In this document: positions 13,201 to 25,700 of the stretch, in pieces
Layout: the number at the start of each line of letters is the position of its first letter
Numbering within the stretch: position 1 is the stretch's first letter
NCBI RefSeq assembly: GCF_001194135.2
Contig: NC_068991.1
Coordinates: 23,054,184-23,118,183 of the forward strand
Direction of reading: 5' to 3'
Length of the DNA: 64,000 nt
Source: Octopus bimaculoides
Taxonomy: Eukaryota
Made by a program: the position numbers and the translations under genes
The notes under the pieces: generated by a model
Told to the model about the DNA's origin: nothing
Databases searched by the model: none
The model's input: only the letters and a program-made list of their open reading frames with translations

Positions 13201-14817
13201 AATTTGGTGAGTTGGATATATAATTTGTTGGTAAAAATCAGTTTAGCTTATTATTTACTTAAGTTGATTTTCAGACTTTGTTTTAATTAGTGTAAAATAA
13301 AAAAAATTAAATGCTTTTGTTGTTTTGAAATGAATTTGCTTAGCAAGAATGTTTTGGCTCTAAGGAATAGGCCTGACATTTGTGATGTTCACAAATACAG
13401 ACTTTTTCTTCCGGGCCAAAACCTATTTCAGTTCTGAACAATGGCTAACACCTTTACAAAACTGAAATATTTTTGTACTAGAGTTATTCTTCATATCTAA
13501 GAATGTTATTTGCTTTACAGATATACACTTTCTAGAATGTGAAGGTACCTAGAAATGACATCTACCTCAACTCATAGTAGCGACATAAAAAGATGCACAT
13601 AGTTGGGATAATAGAAAATGAAGTCCAGGATACATTATGTCTGGAAAAAAATATTGACAGGATAGTCATGGTTGGAATGTCTTCAGTCAAAGGTTTAACA
13701 ACCCAAGGTGCTAAACAACAAATGCTATAAATGTCTTCAAAAATGTTAAGGAGTTTATTAAGATATGTCCTTTTTTCTAGTTTCATGGTGTTTAATGGAT
13801 AAGAGTTTGATCTTATTCTTGATATTAATTCTTGACAACTAGGTGAGCTGAGCTATGCACAGTTGAGTGTTTCACCTAGATGCAAAAGTGCATACAAAGT
13901 ATTTACAGCCAAAAACGATGACTAGGTAACTTAAAATATAATCTACTCAGCTATCCTTTTATATTCTACATTGCAGCTGAATAAAACCCTTTCTCGTTGA
14001 TTAGCAATAAACAACTATCCACAGTCAGCAAGCTATGTATGACCTCTGTTCTGAATTTTCTTCTCTGTAGCAGTCCCATATAAACATTTCCAATACACTT
14101 ATTTCTTTCTCTCCTCTTCTTCTTCTTTTCCCATTGTGTTTCACTTGCTAGACCTTTCACACCATTATCACCATAATAAACATTTTGCCAAATTCTGTTT
14201 CTTCAAATTGTATCCCTCAGAAATCCATCACCTCACTTGTGTTTTCTCTCAGTCCATGACTTGTAACTATTCTGTTATTGTCTCCAATTGATTATACTAA
14301 AGATTAAAATGTGGCATGTATTATCAGTAGCATAGCATAGGTACTGAAACAAGGTTTGCAGATCTTAAAGGTAAACTTGTTTTATAATAATTATAGATAT
14401 CATATATTTAATGGACATTTAGAAAAGTGTCTATAAACTTAACTCTTTTCTTATATTTCTTTTGAAATACACAGCTTTCGTTTCAATTTATTTTGAAAAT
14501 AACAAAGAGTTTAGTAAAATAACTTTGCCATTATTAAGCTGGTGTTTGGAACATAAGTAAACTTAGGATTTTGATGGAAAGTATTAATTTAGATCACTTT
14601 AAAACAAGAAGTTTGTATCATAGAACCAGGGCAAGTTAGTATCAAAATATTGTTTTACAATATAGATGTTATATGTAGAGGACATTAGATATAATATCTA
14701 TAAACTGCAGAAAATCATGTGGATATTAACCCTTTAGAGACAGTCTCATTCGGAGTTTTGGTACCAAGAAGACGGAGCCCTTTTCATGAGTCCTACGGAG
14801 GGCATGCACTTATTTTT

Positions 14818-14860
<43 letters not shown>

Positions 14861-17800
14861 GAAGTTATTACTTAACATATATAAACTTATATATATTCTT
14901 GTAGGAAATTGAATGAACTAATATGATCTTCTTCATCATTTGACTCTCTGGCTGATAGGTTAGTCCTGTCATCTCCTCAGGGTTAACAAATAGAACTAGA
15001 GAGAGAGAAGGAGAAGGAAGTGAGGGGAAAAGAGAGAATTAGGTGTTTGTGTGTATGTAATAAAATAAATACAAAAAATTGTGAATGAACAATATATTGT
15101 TATGGTATGTCAACACATGAAATTAAATTGCACTAGTTTTATATAATGTATTCCATATTTCAGGGACCTTGAACATTCTGAAACTCCTGTCTACTCTGTA
15201 AATGGCCATACCCAAATTATTAATAGTATTGATGGTGTTGGAGGTTTGGGAATAGGAGAAGGTGCACCAGAAATTGTAACTGGCAGTAGAGATGGTAATA
15301 TCATCTTTCATATTGTTTTCTTTAATTCTATCACATATTACAGCTGCTGGCAGTACTATTTAATAGCACCAATCATATAAACATTTTAAAGCTATTCATC
15401 TTGTGTTAGTTATCTCTTTTACTTGACCACAGCAATTAACAGCAGTAGCCAATGGCTTATATATAACTATTCAAATGGTTATTATATATGCAGTTATATA
15501 TTTATATATAGCTATTCTAAGGGCTACTATAATAACACTTTGTAATAATTACCACTTGTTTTAAGGTGGCAAGCTGCCAGAATCATTAGCCTGCCAGGCA
15601 AAATGCTTAGCAGCTTTTCCCCCATCTTTATGTTCTGAGTTAAAATTCTACTGAGGTTTCTTTTGCCTTTCATCTTTTCCGGGTTGATAAAATAAGTACC
15701 AGTTGAGCACTGGGGTCGATATAATCGACTTGCTCCCTCCCCTGAACTTACTGACCTTGTGCCAAAATTTGAAATCAATAATTACAGCTTATGTCACTAA
15801 CATAACTATAAAAAAGTGTTAATTATTTAACCCTTTTAAAATTCAGATACTTTAACAGTTGTATAATGGCTACTTTTTCATCAAACTATTTAACTGTAAA
15901 TTTTTTTATTCAGTGATTTAACTCTTTCACTATTAATTCTGTATTACTGTCAGCATTCATAATGCCAAAATAATGCTAACATCAAAACTCAGATAAAATG
16001 GTGACACATGGTGATAAAAATGTTAATTTTACTTTACAAATACAACCATCTCTTGTAGGTTTGGTGAAAGTCTGGGATCCAAGACAGAAAGATAAACCTG
16101 TGGCAATAATGGAGCCAAAAGAAGGGGAAGCTAAAAGAGATTGTTGGGCTGTAACATTTGGTATGTATACTCTAGATCTTCTGTGTTGTTAGGAGCCAAT
16201 AGTCTATGTTGTTGCTTCCTTCTACTTTGTTGTATTAACATCTTTATCTTTCTCTCTCTTCTACAATATGGATTAGATGAAGCTTCCTTCTTGTTTATCC
16301 TTTACTCAGCCCAACAAAACAAGGATTCCTGTCACATTGCTTGATGTTTAGAAAGTCTTACATTGTAGATTAGTGTTAGCATGGCATATTTATTGATGCA
16401 TTGCATATGTATTGCAGTTATCATATTGATATATCAAAGACTCCATTTCACATCCTCCACACTTACTATCCATTTTGGTCTACTGTAGAGCTCATTACTT
16501 TTTCAGAGTAGGAATGAACTGCTGTACTTCAAAATATCTTAGAATTCTTCTTGTAATGTATTTCCCTATTTACCATTGTAGGTAATACTTTTACTGCGAC
16601 TGATCGCTGTGTATGTTCTGGCTATGATAATGGCGACATTAAATTATTTGACCTGAAAACAATGTCTTTGCGTTGGGAAACCAACATTAAAAATGGAGTA
16701 AGTCTATTTTATTAATTTTTTTTACATTAACATTGTTGTCTCTTGAAATATGAGGAAAGGCATAGTTGATTGAATTGTGAGAAGTGTAGGAATGTGTTTA
16801 AAAAATGTAAAATGTCTTCAGTAGCCTTTTATGAAAATCTTATGGGTTAGTGCTTAGGTCTAATTTCATGGTATTATGTATATCAATGATAATATACCAA
16901 TACAGCAGATAACATAGGGCTCAGTTCATATAGCTGTCAAGAAGCGATACTGTTTTGGCACCTCCTCCTCTGGCAGCTATATGAACTGAATCCAATAGAC
17001 TAAAAAGTACTGTATGAATGCCCAGCGCAATGTCTGTGGCAGGATTGAACAGAATGTTTTTGAATTAGTAGTCTAGTACCATATACACTTTTCTTCAGAG
17101 AAAGCTATGAAATGGAACTTAAGTTGACAAATGAATAAATTGTGGGAACAATAATTTCCAAGAGACTATATTATTTGTGTGATGTAAAACATTTCACTCA
17201 TGATTCTCTCCAAATATAACTGCACAAGTGATAAAAATTTAATCTCCCCACTTATAAAATGAGTGTTTGGTAAGGTATTTGACAAAATTCAGATTTGAGA
17301 AACATTGCTTTATATTTAGTATCACCTCAAACACTAGCAAATGTCAGCTTCAGTTTATTCAAAGTAAAATATGTTGGGCTATTATCAACACATATTTAAT
17401 GTTATTACTACAGAATTTACAAGGCTTTCTATTAGGGTATCAACATCTATGAAGTGTAATTCTATGAGGGTATCAACAGAGATATGTAGTGGTTTCTAAA
17501 CTTTAAAATCTATTATTTTTGTGCTTATTTAACAGGTCTGTTCTTTGGAGTTTGATAGAAAAGATATAAACATGAACAAACTTGTTGCCACAACTCTTGA
17601 ATCAAAGTTCCACGTTTATGATATGAGAACACAACATCCAACCAATGGGTTTGCATCAGTAGTAGAAAAAGTAAGACTAGTGAACAATACCACTGATTTC
17701 ACCACCTCTCTACCTTGCTTTTTAATTATTATTATTCCACTTTATATACTTTATGTTGATTTATTTCGCATGAAGACAGGAAGACAGTTCTAGAGTGTTT

Positions 17801-20800
17801 CAATGATGTTAAGGCTAATATCTACATATTGCACAGCAGACTTCTATGTAAGCACTCAACCTGATGAAAACAACAGCCAAATCTTTCTGAAATTACAGGC
17901 TACTACCTCAAAGAAAGAGACATTGGACAGTGTAATCCTAGATAACTGGAAACATGATGGCCATAGTAAAGATGCCTTTTGTTTTTGTAGGTCTGCTTAG
18001 ACAAGGCTGACTTGTGACAAAACAACATAGCCGACAGCCTCCATGAATTCACATTGTTATGTTTCTTGGTATGACTAGCATTAGGTTTCACTACTAGTTC
18101 ATGACTGAGTGGTTAACACTAAGTAAAGTATCAGATGTTAAACCTATGCTGCAGCAACCATATCATGTTCCTTGGTAAGGTTTATAGCTGACTATGCTGA
18201 TAACTGATACAAGTTCTATTTTACAGTTGTGTGTTTAATGGTAGGATGGATACCCAACTATAAAAATCAATGGTTCCAGGATAATCCAAATTTGCTAATC
18301 ATGTCATTCATATGAAAATTAATACAAAACAGTGAGAAAGTATTTTTAGTTGATGGACTAAAAAATTCCAGATCAGGCCTGACTGAGTAGATCTATGGCC
18401 ACACAAGACTACATTATCTTGGATATACATGTTTCTCTTCATTTTTTAAGGCAGTCAAGGGAGGAGATATTTGATTGCTATTTCTATCAGATCGAGTGAC
18501 CATGTGCAGCCCTTGATAAATTGCAATGCATATTTTCGCTTTCTTAGCTGATAAAAGTCATCCCAAGTCCTTTACCAGAAGTTAATAGCAATTATGCACA
18601 ATTACTTAGACTTAGAAAACGTCAATCCTTGCCAGAAGAGTGGTATATTAATTTGGTAATAAATTTAGCCTCAAATTTTGTCTTTCTCTAATATTGCCAT
18701 TTTGTTTCAATTCAAGTTTTATGTTAGGTTTTTAACAGTTCTTTTTATTTTTGTGTTCATTTATTAATCCACCCCATTCTTACAACACAATGAGTTCTTT
18801 GTTTTTTATGAGTATAATAATTTGCTCATGTAGTAAAACTTGATAGCTGTTTCAAAGTTCTTATAAAATTTTCAACTTTATCACAATTTCTTGGTCTGAA
18901 AAGATTAATTGGCACTAAATTTAAATTCTAATTACTTGTCATAAGATAAATTATGGCAGAAATACTACATAAGCAGATCTAGCACAAAATACAAGCATAT
19001 GCACATATATATATATTTCACTTAGGCATTGTGATATTAATAACCTGATGTAGAACACAATATACGTATGCCTCAGAACAAGTCATTAGTCGAGTATAGA
19101 GCAGTAATAAGAAAAAAGATGGCAAAGGAATAAACGATTATCTTTTGAACTTCATTAGCTTACAGCTGTTTCCACTATGAGATGTGGTGGATTCATAGTT
19201 GAGTACCTGAGGAACGTCATACAATTTCATCAGAACTTCAAATATCAAGTGCAATTTATTTGGGAAAACAAATACATTTAAGTATATATACAGAGAAGCA
19301 TTACCAATTAAATAGCTATATGCGGAAGATGGAAACCAAGGGCTCCTCCTATAATTAGGATAAGATTAATTCTCTTAAAACCTCATTTCTTGCCAGAAGA
19401 GAGCTCCAAAGGCTCCTCTCACAATTAGGATAAGATTAATTCTATTAATCTTTTCCTAATTGTGGGAGGAGCCCTTGGTTTCCATTTTCCACATATATGC
19501 TATCACATTGGTAATGCTTTCCTGTATATTTGCTTAGTTTTTTTTGCTTTTCCAAATATTTGGAGCTCTGATCAAATTGTAAGATGTTACTCAGGCACTC
19601 AACTCTGAATCCACCACATCTTATAGTGGAAACAGCTGTAAACTAATGAACTTCATAAGATAATCATTTATTCCTTTTTCTCTTTACTTATACATGTATA
19701 AGCACAGGTATGATTGTATGTTTAAGAGGTTAGCTGCTCAGCCATGTGATTCCAGGTCGTTCAGTTGCACATGGCACCATTGACAAAAGCCTTCTGTAAT
19801 TTTGACCAAAGTTTTGTGTATGCATTTGAGATGTGTGTGTGTGTGTATTTGTGTCTCCTTATCTTGACAACACAAGATAGTTGTAAATAAGTGTCATCAT
19901 CATACAAGTGGTGTTCTCCATTTCCATTCTTTCATGAGAAATGTCCAGTTGTAGGGAAGTATTAACTTGCTTGGAAACAGGTGAGGGTTGGCAACAGGGG
20001 GGGCACATGGCTGTAGAAAATGTCTCAACAAATACCACATCTCAGTTGTGTTATTTCATTTATGAAGTACTTGTGTTGTTCTTTAGCTCTAATTAAGATT
20101 GAAGTCATTTCAGGCAAACATATATTCTAACACTACGTTTTCAAATGTAATATTCTTTTGTTAAAGGATATAATGGGGTTTTGGCTGCTATTTCTTACAG
20201 TTTGAGGTCTTCTTGTGGGCTCAAGTAACTCTGCTAATACCTGATATAACTACCATTCTAACCTTTGCTATTCTGCTTCCAGTATGTGTATGCTTTACTA
20301 CAATCAGAGCCAAATCTATTTATGTGTCATTTTATGGACATGTTTGGCTCAACAAGTTTTTCAATGACATTTTACACATTTAACAAATAATATATTTATA
20401 AAAATGCTAAAGTGCTTTTAGCTTTATTACTTGTAATTTCAATGATCTGTTTTAATCACATTAATACATGTATAAAAAAATCTGCCTTTCATAAGGAGAA
20501 AGAATCCATTTGTTGTTAATTGCTTATAAATTATTATAAAATTACAATTCTCTCTTTCTAATATCTACATTATTTTGTGTTTTTGTTTTTCATTTCTCTA
20601 ATGTATAGGCAGCACATAAATCAACAATTTGGTCAGTTCGCCATCTTCCTCAGAATCGAGACATTTTTATGACAATGGGAGGTAATGGCTCAGTAAATCT
20701 TTGGCAATAGTAAGTAAATATATTTCTGAATATTTTATCTGACAACAAGCATTTGGTGTTAAGGATATATCAAAACTTAAAAATTTTATTTATTCCAGCT

Positions 20801-21244
20801 TCAGGTAGATGATAGTCACATAATAATAGTTAGGCAGAGCAGAGACAATGGTATACATTTGGTTATATCCTAGAAAGCAATGCTCTAACATGACCACAGC
20901 CCAATGTCTGAAGTCAGTAAAAGAATATTGTTGAAATAAACTTAATATACTTTTGCTTATCTCCTACTAGTCTTAAAATATTTTATATTGTAGCTTTTGT
21001 TTTTTTAATCTCTTAAGCTATTTATGTTGTTTTTAGTTATTACCCTGAAAAGCGTGTCACTAAGGATTCTAGAGGAATAGAGATGGGTGTTGCTGGTAAA
21101 GTGAATCTACTACAGAATATAACCATTTCCACGCAACCTATAGCTACTCTGGACTGGAATGCTGACAAAGCTGGCTTATGTGTGTGTGCAGCCTTCGACC
21201 AAACTGTTCGGGTCCTCATTGTTACCAAGTTAAACAGACTTTAA
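9800..21244 (+). CDS. WDR92: WD repeat protein 92 / dynein axonemal assembly factor 10, 8 coding exons, 355 aa
   Basis: Exons 9800-9973, 13106-13206, 15164-15294, 16059-16160, 16582-16697, 17536-17670, 20609-20709, 21037-21244. All are GT-AG and phase-compatible, total 1068 nt. The translation ([30 protein letters not shown]...[23 protein letters not shown]...[17 protein letters not shown]) closely matches human WDR92/DNAAF10 as I recall it. AATAAA at 21278-21283. Confidence 0.96.
10140..10198. repeat. (AT)n microsatellite (representative; others at about 3668, 7961, 14820, 37665, 45288)
   Basis: Directly visible. Confidence 0.95.
10342..10672 (+). mobile_element. tRNA-derived SINE in WDR92 intron 1
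   Basis: A/B-box-like head (GGCGCATGGCTTACTGG...GAGTTCGATTCCC). The body is shared with 47405-47760. Confidence 0.75.
19103..19690. repeat. Foldback element in WDR92 intron 6, arms about 250 bp
   Basis: 19103-19370 is an imperfect reverse complement of 19444-19690. Confidence 0.85.
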
Positions 21245-21368
21245 AATTTCACTAATTTTTTAAAATTTCCTATTTTGAATAAAATAATAATTTTTTTATT
21301 TCTGTTGTTCATTATTATTATTATTATTATGACTATTATATCACATGGCTTGATGGCAGAATCTTTAA

Positions 21369-21569
21369 CCCTTTTGTTACATTTCTGCTGAAACAACACT
21401 GCTTTTGTTTCAATTAATTTTGAAAATAATGAAGAATTTAGTAAATTAGCTTTGCCACTATTAAGCTGGTACTTGAAACATAAAATAACATGAACTTTCG
21501 AGGGAATCACTTTAAAATGTGAAGTTTGTATCACTGAATCAGTTGTCTCAGATAGATTGATATTAAAAG
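21369..21569. mobile_element. TTAA-flanked MITE just 3' of WDR92
   Basis: TTAA at both ends with short imperfect TIRs. A similar copy lies at about 14450-14640. Confidence 0.45.
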
Positions 21570-22045
21570 TTAAAGTGCTAGAAAATGCTGACAGTATTTA
21601 ATTACATCCCTCTAAATTCTAAATATAGAATTTAAATATATATATATAAGGTAGTGGAAGAAATTTCAGGGTACCAACAAAATGCTCAATAATATTTTAA
21701 TTGTATCCCTTTTACATTCTGAATTCAAATCCTACCAGTATTAACTTCACTTTTTCTTTCTTCTCGTGGGCTGATAAAATAAGCAGCAAAATGTGCTGCT
21801 TTTATCAGGTATACAATTTGTGATGACAATAAATTCTAAATCATCATTACTATTATATTAAGGGCAGTCAACTGACAAAAGCAATACAATACCTAGACAA
21901 AATAATTGAAGTATTTCACCTCTTAACTCCCTAAGTTCAAATCCTTTTGTGGAGAGTTTTTGAGGGAAGACGAAGGAATAGAAGAACAAAGGGTAACAGA
22001 GCAACAAGAGTTAATTGAATCAATTATATATATATATGATATATA

Positions 22046-22330
22046 TCTTACGTATTAAAACTGAAAATGTCTGTTTGTCTGTGTGTATCGGTATGTCCTC
22101 ATTTTGCACCAAAACGGCTCGACCAATTTTTCTTAAACTTCACACACACATTGCTTATGTGACTGGGGAGGTTTTAAGTATACATTGATTTCGAAAAAAA
22201 TGTTTGGGTAAACGGAGGGAGGAATAACATTTGGGCATGGTTGAACGGCGGGAGTAATTATTTTTAAACTTCCAAGGGAAATAACCTATTCCCTCCTTCG
22301 TAAATTATTTGGTAAAAATGAAACTGAGTA
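22046..22330 (+). mobile_element. Possible non-autonomous Helitron 5' fragment between WDR92 and MED6
   Basis: A|TC start followed by ...AAAACTGAAAATGTCTGTTTGTCTGTGTGT...AAAACGGCTCGACCAATTTTTCTTAAACTT, resembling invertebrate Helitron 5' ends. No CTRR|T 3' end was found. Confidence 0.35.
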
Positions 22331-22744
22331 TATTTATTTCTTAGTATTTGAACTATTTTAGTTATTTTCTCAATTTATTATCCAGTACAAGGCTTAAACA
22401 AGTTAATAGTATTCTCCTAAACAATAGATCCACTTATTTGGGAATATACCAACAATATATTCATGAATATACCAACACTAGCACCGGTGAGGGTAATATT
22501 CTCTGCCAATGCACAAAAGCTTTTTTCGTAGTTAATTACTTTGAATTGTTATTATCTGATTAGCCTGTTATTACAAGAAATTGAAAACAAAGCACAGGTA
22601 TTTTCTTGCTTTAAAATACGTTCACCTTCACATACAAATACAATAAAATGATTAATATGAATTGTTTATTGAATTCTAATCCAAAATAATAAGGAGAAAA
22701 ATGTTTAGAAAAAAAAGGGTGGGAGAGAGTTTGTCCAATTTCCA

Positions 22745-25700
22745 TTATCTCATTAATTTAGGCTTCTTTTCTGGGGGAACTTTGGTTCCAGAAGAATTCT
22801 GTTTGTCATCCGTTTTATCCATTCGACTTTCCACTCTCACTTCAGGTCTTTCATCTGAAAAAGTAGAGTGGTTATTATTCAATAACTTGTGTTGGCGGTA
22901 GTAGATATGTATGTTTTCACAAAAATTTTTTATGGTTTTAATCAGGAGGAAGAAGAAACAGGAAACTTGGTTTGAATGCTTGCAAGTGAATGAGCACCAC
23001 TAATCAACACACAGAGTGCAAAGAGAGGATTATATTTAAAGCAATGGTACAAGCTCAGGTTAACAGAATAATTTAAAAGACATAAATAAATAAAGATGAT
23101 GTTAAACATAAGTATTTCTTAGGGTCAAATGATGACCTAGGTGTCTGTTCAACTAAAACATTTTCTTTTTTGTTCCATGTTTATATATTGTGAAGGAAGA
23201 AAATTAGTGTTTATTGTGACTATCATTGGAGAATTTTACCTTCCAAGAATTCAAGTCATTTCTATCTCATATCACTTTGAACAAACTGATAGATATAGAA
23301 AAGGTATCAGGCCATAAGTCATCAGCTGAAATACAATATGCAGGATAAAAACCTGGAAAGATGGTCTATTCTAGACCAAATCAACGCATGCCAGCATGAG
23401 GGAACAGACATAAAGGCAATGTTGATGATGATATCCATCTTAGCAAGAGTGAGGTTACATTTTATAAATATGTTTTGACAGAGACAGTAGTGTAGTTACA
23501 AAGTTCACTACACAATCAAATGGTATCTGGGCTTCGTCCCATATCACACAGTGCATCGGTGCAGAAACTTAACGTGTGTGTGTGTAAGTAATCAAATTCA
23601 GGAGAAGTAAGAGGCAAAAAAATATTTTTCCCTTTCTCACTTCTCCTGAATCTGATTAATTATCATATACTTTCCAACACTGTGAATCATAGATTTTCAG
23701 AACCATGGTAATGTTAATATTTACCTACACTCAACTACTGTTTTTATGGTTGCCAAACAATCTGCAGAGAGCTTACAGTAAGAATTGCTTGATTCTTTGA
23801 ATCCCTATTTCCAGTTGTATACACATAGATAGATGTGTGTGTGAGAGAGAGAGTAGGGTAAACAAAAACCAGTACAATTTCTGACCAATCCATAAGAAAG
23901 GTCTGGTAAGAAATGTCTAGTTTGAATGAGATTGATGCTTGTGTACAGTGAGGTACGAGGGGTGTTCATTAAAGATTTTTCCTGACCCACTTCCCAAGGA
24001 CTGGGATAACGAAACTTGGCATAATTATTAGTCATTCTCTATATAGCTACCACCAATGGTGACACACTTCTCCCATTGCCTTATGCAGCTGTGAAGACCT
24101 TATCTGTAGAAATCAGTAGCTTGCATCTGGAGCCAAGACTTTATTTTGGAAATAAGTTCACATCATCATCTGAAAAGAGCTTCCCCTTCAAAAAAGACTC
24201 CATGGTTGGAAAGAGGTGCAAGGTCAGGAGAGTAAGGGAGATGAGGAAGGATTTCATAGCCACAGGAGTGTGTTTTCATCTGGGCAACATGCACATTGTG
24301 AACTGCGGTGTTGTCTTGGAGGAGGTGGACTCCTTTGGTCAGCATGCCACACCTCACTGCAGCAGAGAAGCATAATATGCCCCATTAAGTGTGGTGCCCT
24401 TTGCCAGAAAATCCATCATCACTACTCCATGCTGGTCCCAAAACACTGTGAGCATCACCTTGCCTGCTGAGAGTTGGACATGAGCCTTCTTTGGGGTTTG
24501 TGAGTTGTCATGCTTCCATTGTTTTGATTGGACTTGAGTCTCAGGATCATAGTGATGGACCCATGTTTCATCCGGTGTGAAAAGTCTGCTGAAAAAGCCC
24601 TCCTCATTTTCTTGGCACATTGCCAAAAGAGCCTGGGAGCAATTGACTTGATCCTGCTTCTGAAAAGGTGTGAGCATCCGGGGAATCCATCGAGCAGACA
24701 ACTTCTTCATGTGCAAATGGTAATGAATGATTTCGTCACCATAAACTTCTTTCATCTCATGAAAAGTCTGTTTTGGTGTATGACCTTTCAAGTATAAGAA
24801 CCTGATCACTGATCTGCATTCAACTGCCTCCATTATATAACACCCTAGTCCACTTCAGCAGCTGTAAAAGACAAATGAATACTTGTGGAAAGCTGCAATT
24901 TACAATGTGACATGTAGAGACATGTATGATTATACCTGTACAAGTTCCGTTTCCTGCAATAACTGAAAGTGGGTCAGGGGAAATTTTGATGAACACCCCT
25001 CATATCAATTGCACGAGTGGTTAGAAGTAATAGCGTATAGGCCATCTATGTACAAGGGGAAGCTCAAGCAGAGCTTAAATCTCTGGCTATGTTTTACAAT
25101 AAATCATACTGTTATCTGTATCTAAGGTTGTGTTTGCATAAAAATGAAGTTGAGACATTACCCTTCATTAAAAAAAAAAAAAGCAGCTGAATCAGAAGTG
25201 GGTTGCTCTACCTAACATCACTGGTTAAAGGACTGACCAAGAAGAATGAAAGTGTTCAAGAAATTACCTTTTTGGTCTGGCTGTGCAGGAGCTGCAAACC
25301 GGGGAGGGAACTTTTTGCTCAGTTCAGAAAGTAGTAAATCAACTCGCTGTCGTTGGAATACTGAACTTGGTTCCTCTTTTTTCTTGGTGTCTTTTACTTT
25401 ACTCTTTTCTGTAAAAAGAAAAGTTACTGGATAACCAAGTAATTAAGCAAATTTATACAAAAACGAAAAGCTGTCAAATCATAAATTATTAATAACTATA
25501 GATTATTGTAACTGACTTAGTTACGGCACAAGTAAGTAAAGCTGGGCAGCAATACCATGAAGAAAATAATTTTATGTATTAATTATATGTAATAGCATAA
25601 TCAAAGAAACAGCAACTAATGTGATTAATTCTGGAAGGTTCTTCAATAACCTTTGTAGCACTGAAAGTATTAGCCATTTATTTATTCATAATCTAATAAT

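Noticed and set aside
21771-21808. Small hairpin CTGATAAAA..GCAGCA/TGCTGC..TTTTATCAG
   Set aside because: Short, lies in a decayed SINE, and gives no indication of function.
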